Below are positions 58,290 to 64,000 of a stretch of 64,000 bases of DNA, in pieces. The DNA is from an uncultured Verrucomicrobiae bacterium. Lineage in GTDB: Bacteria; Verrucomicrobiota; Verrucomicrobiia; Chthoniobacterales; JAFAMB01. Every line of letters begins with the position of its first letter. Position 1 is the first letter of the stretch. Where the stretch lies: contig CAWIPH010000002.1 in NCBI GenBank assembly GCA_963837955.1, positions 1,280,001 to 1,344,000 of the forward strand. The letters are read 5' to 3'. Made by a program: the position numbers and the translations under genes. A model generated the notes under the pieces. The model was not told the origin of the DNA, did not search any database, and worked only from the letters and a program-made list of their open reading frames with translations.

Positions 58290-60119
58290 ATGATCGTTGG
58301 GAAAACCAAAAGGCCGCGTAACGTCGACGCGTTTCGGGCCGCCGCTATCCTCTACGGCGATTGGGGCACTAGCAAAGCCTACGTGCTCGGATTGGCCTTT
58401 GCGGTGGCCGGCTACAGCTCGTTCTGGCTGATCTTGGCCATGTGTGTGCTGATGGCTCTCGTAGGCGTCAACTATATGGCCATCTGCCGGCATTACCCGG
58501 ATGGCGGGGGGGTGTATGCCAGCGTCCGCCATCGATCAGAGGTTATCTCCATTGTTGGCGCCTTTTTATTGATCGCTGATTACATTGTCACCGCGGCGAT
58601 AAGCGCGCTTTCAGCTTTCCAATATCTTGGCTGGCCAAACCCCGAGCTCTTCGCTGGTGCTGCCATCCTGCTCATCGGCGCTTTGAATTTCTTCGGACCG
58701 AAACACTCGGCCGGGCTGGCATTCCTTGTCTCGATACCGACGGTTATCGTTGTTATCGGCCTCGGTTGTTTTGTCGTACCCCATATCGGAGAGGCGATCC
58801 GGAATGTGCAGCCGTTGCACGGTGGATTGCTGAACAATTGGAATGGATTCGTCTCGATCGTACTGGCGCTTTCCGGAGTCGAAGCGATCGCCAATGCGAC
58901 CAGCGTGATGAAGCTGAACAAAGGCAGCACGGAAGAGCATCCCAACGTATCGCAGACGTCGACGCGGGCGATCAGCTGGGTAATGATCGAAGTCTGCATT
59001 TTCACTGCGCTGCTCGGTCTGGGTATGCATGCCTTGAATGGACTGCAGATTCATGGCGATAACGTCGATGCACCGGGAAGCCCTGGCGTCCGCGACTACA
59101 TGCTCAAGTACATGGGGCAGATATTTGTCGGCGGCGCCTGGGGCAATGCGGCAGGGCAAATTGCCGGCTTGTGTGTAAGTGTGGTTTTTGGAGTGTTGTT
59201 GCTCTCCGCCGTGAATACGGCCATCGTCGACCTCATCGCGATCTCGTTCCTGATGTCGCGAGATGGAGAACTGCCAAAACGATTCGAGCGCTTGAACGCC
59301 TTCGGGGTACCGACACTCGGGTTGGTGGTGGCGGCCGTTATCCCAGCTATTTTGGTGGTCGCTGTCAAAGATATGGCCGGCTTAGCAGATCTCTACGCGG
59401 TGGGTGTTGTCGGCGCGATCGCGACCAATCTCGGGGCTTCCTCCACTGATCGGAAACTGGATTTGGCCAGGTGGGAGCGAGTCCTCATGTTCTGCACCTT
59501 CTTGATCATGTCGGCGATCGAGATTTCGTTATTCATTGATAAGCCCAACGCCCGCCTCTTTGCCCTCGCTGTTCTCGCAGTTGGTCTGATCATGCACGGG
59601 TTGGCTGCCGAGCGGGCCACCAAGCGCCGCGCGGTCGAAGCCGGTCAGATTCCTCCACCGGAAAAGAAAGTCGCTACCTTCGCCAATTTCGTGAGTGCTG
59701 CTACTCGGGAAATGTCGGGCACACCGATGCTTTGTGCGGTTCGCGGCATTGGGCGCACCTTGGACTTTGCCATCGAGGAAGCGAAAGAAACAGATCGTCC
59801 GCTTTACCTTCTGTTCGTTCGCGAACAACCGGTAATGGCGCCGGGCGACCGCAAACGAAAATGGCCTGAGGACGAAGAAGCGAGCACGATCTTCAAGTAT
59901 GCAGGCGAGAAAGCGGACGGCCTTCGGATCTTGCCTTGTTATGCGGTAAGTGATTCGGCCGCAGACACGATCGTAGATATTGCGGCGACCGTGGGCGCGT
60001 CCCATCTCATCGTCGGGGCTCCACAGCGGAGCATGTTGGTCAATTTACTGCGAGGCAACATCATTAAAAACATCTCCGATATTTTGCCGGAAGAAATCCA
60101 TCTCCTGGTTTACGCATGA
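58290..60119 (+). CDS. APC-superfamily permease with C-terminal USP-like domain
   Basis: YPDGGGVY, ADY.VT.AIS, LSGVEAIAN, DGELP..F..LN, LYA.GV; soluble tail ending I..G...RS....LLRG. Confidence 0.85.
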   Translation: MIVGKTKRPRNVDAFRAAAILYGDWGTSKAYVLGLAFAVAGYSSFWLILAMCVLMALVGVNYMAICRHYPDGGGVYASVRHRSEVISIVGAFLLIADYIVTAAISALSAFQYLGWPNPELFAGAAILLIGALNFFGPKHSAGLAFLVSIPTVIVVIGLGCFVVPHIGEAIRNVQPLHGGLLNNWNGFVSIVLALSGVEAIANATSVMKLNKGSTEEHPNVSQTSTRAISWVMIEVCIFTALLGLGMHALNGLQIHGDNVDAPGSPGVRDYMLKYMGQIFVGGAWGNAAGQIAGLCVSVVFGVLLLSAVNTAIVDLIAISFLMSRDGELPKRFERLNAFGVPTLGLVVAAVIPAILVVAVKDMAGLADLYAVGVVGAIATNLGASSTDRKLDLARWERVLMFCTFLIMSAIEISLFIDKPNARLFALAVLAVGLIMHGLAAERATKRRAVEAGQIPPPEKKVATFANFVSAATREMSGTPMLCAVRGIGRTLDFAIEEAKETDRPLYLLFVREQPVMAPGDRKRKWPEDEEASTIFKYAGEKADGLRILPCYAVSDSAADTIVDIAATVGASHLIVGAPQRSMLVNLLRGNIIKNISDILPEEIHLLVYA

Positions 60120-60424
60120 TTCTGAACACGGTAGCGGCGACTGTCCCGGCTAGACTCAGCGTTCGAAAGTCCGAGAGCGTTGGCGCGGAGCAACCGTTGT
60201 CGCAAATCACAAAACGCAGTCGCCATCGGTCTCTTTTTTTTAAGACGGGGACAGTAATTGTGAGGGAAGCTTTTTCGGCCTAACAGAGGCTGACCACACT
60301 CTCGATTCGGCGGTCCGGGAGGACACACCCTACCCGCGCTGGGCATGAACTGCCATGTTCCGCATCACCAATCAATGACCAATCACGTCTCACCAATCAC
60401 CTCTCACGTCCATCCTCCCTTTCC

Positions 60425-63400
60425 TCAAGGGTTAGCATTCCCGCCGCTCCCGGCGTTGTCGGCGTTCCCGGCGTTCCCGGCGGTACTTACCGTGAGGATC
60501 GGGACATTGCTCTCGCGCACAAGATTGTTCACCGCTGGTAGATCCATCGTCCGGATCTGTTCCCAGATTTTCAGCTGCTCGTCCAGTTTCTCGCTAAGCA
60601 TCTGAAAAACCGCGTACTGGGGCTGAGTTGGAGCGGTGTCGGCCTGTTCGATCGTATGACTGAAAGTGTCGAATGCCTCGTTCAACATGTTGGGAAACGC
60701 CAGGTTTGCCTCGGATCCCTTCATGTTCACTTGCATCAGCTGCTCCTCGACGGCTGAAATTTTCCCTTTCAAGCTTTCGGTCCGATCTAGGGCGTGGCTT
60801 AGATTTTGATCCCCGGAAAAGCGTTTGTGAAGGCTATCGATTTGAGATTTCAGATCGCGGATTCCATTTACAGCCTGGTGGAGTTGACCGATTCGGTCTC
60901 GCGTTTCCAGCAACAGTGCGAACTGCTTGCGCAATCCTTCTTCGGATCCGTGAACGCGGGGATCACCGATCACGTGAAGCGGAACGGTCTGCGTTTGGCC
61001 GGAGACCGTCAACCGGATTTGATAGTCACCAGGCAACACCAGAGGGCCACGTGGGCCGTTGTCGGAGTAGAAGGCTCCTGGAATTTCTACTGGGTCTTGA
61101 TAGCGCAGATTCCATGCGTAGCGGTTCATCCCGGCCTCTGCCGGTATGGTCTTTACTTCTGGGACCCGGTCGGGCCACTCCTCTGGCTGTTCATTGTGTT
61201 TCTCTTCGCGACTCGACAGGCGGCGGACCAGCTTGCCGCTTCCGTCCAAGATTTCCAGGACCACTTCGTCCTTTGGTTTTTGCTTGAAGTAGTAGTTGAT
61301 AATTGCCCCGTTCGGAGGGTTTTCGCCGACAGGTTCTCGTTTGCTGACTTCGTCTGGAACATGCAAACGAATCGCTGTTTGCGGCCGGTAAAGAATCGTC
61401 TCGGCCTGGGCGGATTTAGGATCAAGCTGTCGTAGAGGTGTTACGTCATCGAGCACCCAAAAAGAACGCCCGTGGGTCCCCACCACCAAATCATCTTCTT
61501 TGACCACGAGGTCATGCACCGGCGAGTTCGGAAGGTTCAGCTGGAGGGATTGCCAGTGGTTGCCATCGTCCAGCGAGAAATAAACACCGGTTTCGGTCCC
61601 CGCATAGAGCAACCCACGGCGCTTCGGATCTTCTCGAACAGCATGCACATACGCACCGTTGGGTATACCTGCGGCAATTACGGTCCAAGTCTTACCGGCG
61701 TCGTGAGTCGCCAGGATCCAAGGCCGAAAATCATCGAGCCTATGTCGGTCGACTGCGACGTACGCTGTCGCGGCATCATGAGGTGAGGGTTCAATCAAGC
61801 TCACCGTGCTCCACTCCGGAAGTTGGGGCGGGGTTACATTCTTCCAGTTTTTACCGTCGTCGGTCGTCAGCTGAACCAATCCATCATCTGTCCCGGCCCA
61901 GAGTAATCCTTTCTGCTGGGGGGATTCGGCGAGCGCAAAAACTGTGTCGTAATACTCGACACTCGTGATATCGCGGGTGAGTGGGCCGCCGCTGGGTTTC
62001 TGCTTGCTGGGATCGTTGCGAGTCAGGTCCGGGCTGATCGTTGTCCAGCTTTGACCGTGATCAGTCGACTTAAAGACGCACTCTGCAGCGGTATATAATG
62101 TATCGGGATCATGCGGGGACAAAAGAAGCGGCGAAACCCATTGAAATCGATGTCTCAGATCAGCTGCGCCGTGGCCCGAAACATCCAGTGGCCAAACGGA
62201 GATGTCTTGCGACTGCTCCGTATGTTTGTCGTACCGCGTGATGTATCCTTCGCTATTTGAATAAATAATCAGTGGATCACGCGGATCAGGAACGACGAAG
62301 CCGCACTCTCCGCCGCCGGCCGCATACCAGTGCTGGCGACCGATTATTCCGTCGTCGGTCCGGCTGGCAATAGCCACGTTCGAGTTATCTTGTTGCGCTC
62401 CGTAAATGTGGTAAGGGAAAGCGTTATCAACAGCGACATGGTAGAACTGCGCCGTGGGCTGGTTGTTTTGGGTCGTCCATGTTTTGCCGCCATCGGTGGA
62501 GATGCTGGCGCCACCGTCGTTCGCGTTGATCAAGCGCCGAGGGTCGGCTGGATCGATCCACAAACCATGATGATCACCATGAGTCGCGGGCAGCAAACTG
62601 AACGTCCGCCCGCCGTCACCCGAACGGTACAGACCCGTGTTCAAGACGTAGACTGTATCGGCCGATTTTGGATCTGCATAGACCTTGCTGAAATACCAGG
62701 CGCGTTGTCGGAAACGGCCGTCGTCGTTCACTCGAATCCAATGATCGCCGCCGTCGTCCGATCGAAAGAGGCCACCTTCCTTGGCCTCGATCAACGCATA
62801 GACTCGATCTGGATCAGAACCGGAAACGGCGACTCCGATTCTCCCGAGGATTCCATCGGGCAAACCGTTGCCTTCGAGTCGTTGCCATGATTCTCCGCCA
62901 TCGATTGAGCGATAAAATCCGCTGCCCGGGCCGCCGCTCGAGAAATACCAGGGCTCCCGCCGCGCTTGCCAGAGTGCCGCAAACAGAATGTTCGGATTGT
63001 GGGGATCGAACACCACATCGATCCCGCCCGTATTTTCATCTTTGAACAAGACGTTCCGCCAGGTCCGACCTCCGTCGGTCGTTTTGAAAATCCCGCGTTC
63101 GGTATTTGGACCGAAGGCATGTCCAAGCGCCGCGACGAACACAATGTCCGGATTGGTCGGGTGGACGATGATCGCGCCGATGTGCCGGCTATCTTTGAGT
63201 CCGATATTTTTCCAATTCTTGCCCCCGTCGATCGATTTATAAACACCGTCTCCAAAAGTGATATCGCCGCGAATGGCGGCTTCGCCTGTGCCCACATAAA
63301 TCACGTTGCGATCCGAGCGTGCGACCGCGATGTCGCCGATTGATGACACGGCTTCCTTCTGAAAGAGGGGAGCCCAGGTTTGGCCGCCGTCCGTTGTTTT

Positions 63401-63634
63401 CCAAACTCCGCCGGCCACCGCGCCAAAGTAATAAACGTTGGGCTCGCCAACCACTCCTTGGACGGCTAGGGCTCGGCCACCCCTGAACGGACCAACCAGA
63501 CGCCACTTCATGCCAGAGTAAAAACTCTCATTAATCGCCGGCTTCTCCGGGGGTTCGGCGGCGCGTCCGGAGAGAATCAGAGGAAACAGGAGAAAAGGAA
63601 AATGAACGAATTTCAGAAAACGGTGAAGGTTCAT
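60425..63634 (-). CDS. exported VPS10/BNR-repeat beta-propeller glycosyl hydrolase-like protein
   Basis: WRLVGPFRGGR, repeated S/T.DGG..W Asp-boxes, THGRSFW. Confidence 0.88.
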   Translation of the reverse strand: MNLHRFLKFVHFPFLLFPLILSGRAAEPPEKPAINESFYSGMKWRLVGPFRGGRALAVQGVVGEPNVYYFGAVAGGVWKTTDGGQTWAPLFQKEAVSSIGDIAVARSDRNVIYVGTGEAAIRGDITFGDGVYKSIDGGKNWKNIGLKDSRHIGAIIVHPTNPDIVFVAALGHAFGPNTERGIFKTTDGGRTWRNVLFKDENTGGIDVVFDPHNPNILFAALWQARREPWYFSSGGPGSGFYRSIDGGESWQRLEGNGLPDGILGRIGVAVSGSDPDRVYALIEAKEGGLFRSDDGGDHWIRVNDDGRFRQRAWYFSKVYADPKSADTVYVLNTGLYRSGDGGRTFSLLPATHGDHHGLWIDPADPRRLINANDGGASISTDGGKTWTTQNNQPTAQFYHVAVDNAFPYHIYGAQQDNSNVAIASRTDDGIIGRQHWYAAGGGECGFVVPDPRDPLIIYSNSEGYITRYDKHTEQSQDISVWPLDVSGHGAADLRHRFQWVSPLLLSPHDPDTLYTAAECVFKSTDHGQSWTTISPDLTRNDPSKQKPSGGPLTRDITSVEYYDTVFALAESPQQKGLLWAGTDDGLVQLTTDDGKNWKNVTPPQLPEWSTVSLIEPSPHDAATAYVAVDRHRLDDFRPWILATHDAGKTWTVIAAGIPNGAYVHAVREDPKRRGLLYAGTETGVYFSLDDGNHWQSLQLNLPNSPVHDLVVKEDDLVVGTHGRSFWVLDDVTPLRQLDPKSAQAETILYRPQTAIRLHVPDEVSKREPVGENPPNGAIINYYFKQKPKDEVVLEILDGSGKLVRRLSSREEKHNEQPEEWPDRVPEVKTIPAEAGMNRYAWNLRYQDPVEIPGAFYSDNGPRGPLVLPGDYQIRLTVSGQTQTVPLHVIGDPRVHGSEEGLRKQFALLLETRDRIGQLHQAVNGIRDLKSQIDSLHKRFSGDQNLSHALDRTESLKGKISAVEEQLMQVNMKGSEANLAFPNMLNEAFDTFSHTIEQADTAPTQPQYAVFQMLSEKLDEQLKIWEQIRTMDLPAVNNLVRESNVPILTVSTAGNAGNADNAGSGGNANP

Positions 63635-63795
63635 AGAGAGGTCTAGCGAACGGCCACGGCTACAGTCTTACGATGGCAAACGCTATCCTAGACGCGGTCG
63701 CGGAAGGATCAAGCGATTCGCCTTCCGAACGCTCACCAATTACTTTGCGACTCCATCGTGCTATGCAATCTGTGCTTTAAGACCAATTAGGATTT

Positions 63796-64000
63796 ATGCC
63801 AGCGACTGCTTTACCCCAATTTCCGAAGGAACAATCTGAGTCAGGCGAGTTTGTGCGTCAGCAGGACGCGTTTCGCCGACGGATCACTTCAGATACTAAC
63901 GCCGAATTTCCGCCGATCTCGAACCGGTACCATCTGTACGTTTCCTGGGCGTGTCCTTGGGCTCACCGCATCATCATCGTTCGACATCTGAAGGGGTTGG
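63796..64000 (+). CDS. glutathionyl-hydroquinone reductase (YqjG-like GST), 3' truncated
   Basis: manual translation GEFVRQ...RYHLYVSWACPWAHR. Confidence 0.85.
   Translation, partial: MPATALPQFPKEQSESGEFVRQQDAFRRRITSDTNAEFPPISNRYHLYVSWACPWAHRIIIVRHLKGL

Noticed and set aside
60440..60484. 9-bp repeat at the end of the VPS10-like gene as a contingency locus
   Set aside because: In-frame, degenerate low-complexity tail (AGNAGNADNAGS) with no frame effect

Overview
A bacterial chromosomal window, moderately GC-rich. The gene repertoire (UBact-proteasome, a TIR/TPR membrane protein, many REP-like palindromes) suggests a soil PVC-group organism, probably Verrucomicrobiota; this is inference only. 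Housekeeping and carbon genes include gnd, zwf, moeB, maf, prfB with its +1 frameshift, glgC, glmS and pfk. There is an FNT-nirA-cysJ-like nitrite assimilation operon carrying two single-base frameshifts, and a ~14 kb nitrogen-scavenging cluster (deaminase, FAD oxidoreductase, creatininase, CocE, ABC transporter, DUF3891, amidase, RidA, acetamidase, LysR) with several sigma54-type promoters. Copper-chaperone and modAB genes follow. A 58-aa UBact ubiquitin-like modifier, missed by the ORF track, lies directly upstream of proteasome beta and alpha subunits and two peptidoglycan genes. Intergenic DNA holds several families of palindromic REP-like elements, a Y1 transposase between inverted arms with two empty copies elsewhere, a 5-unit ~228 bp tandem array, and 7-8-mer repeat arrays. 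One pair of those arrays brackets a four-helix-bundle gene as an inverted repeat. I recognised no rRNA, tRNA or CRISPR array.
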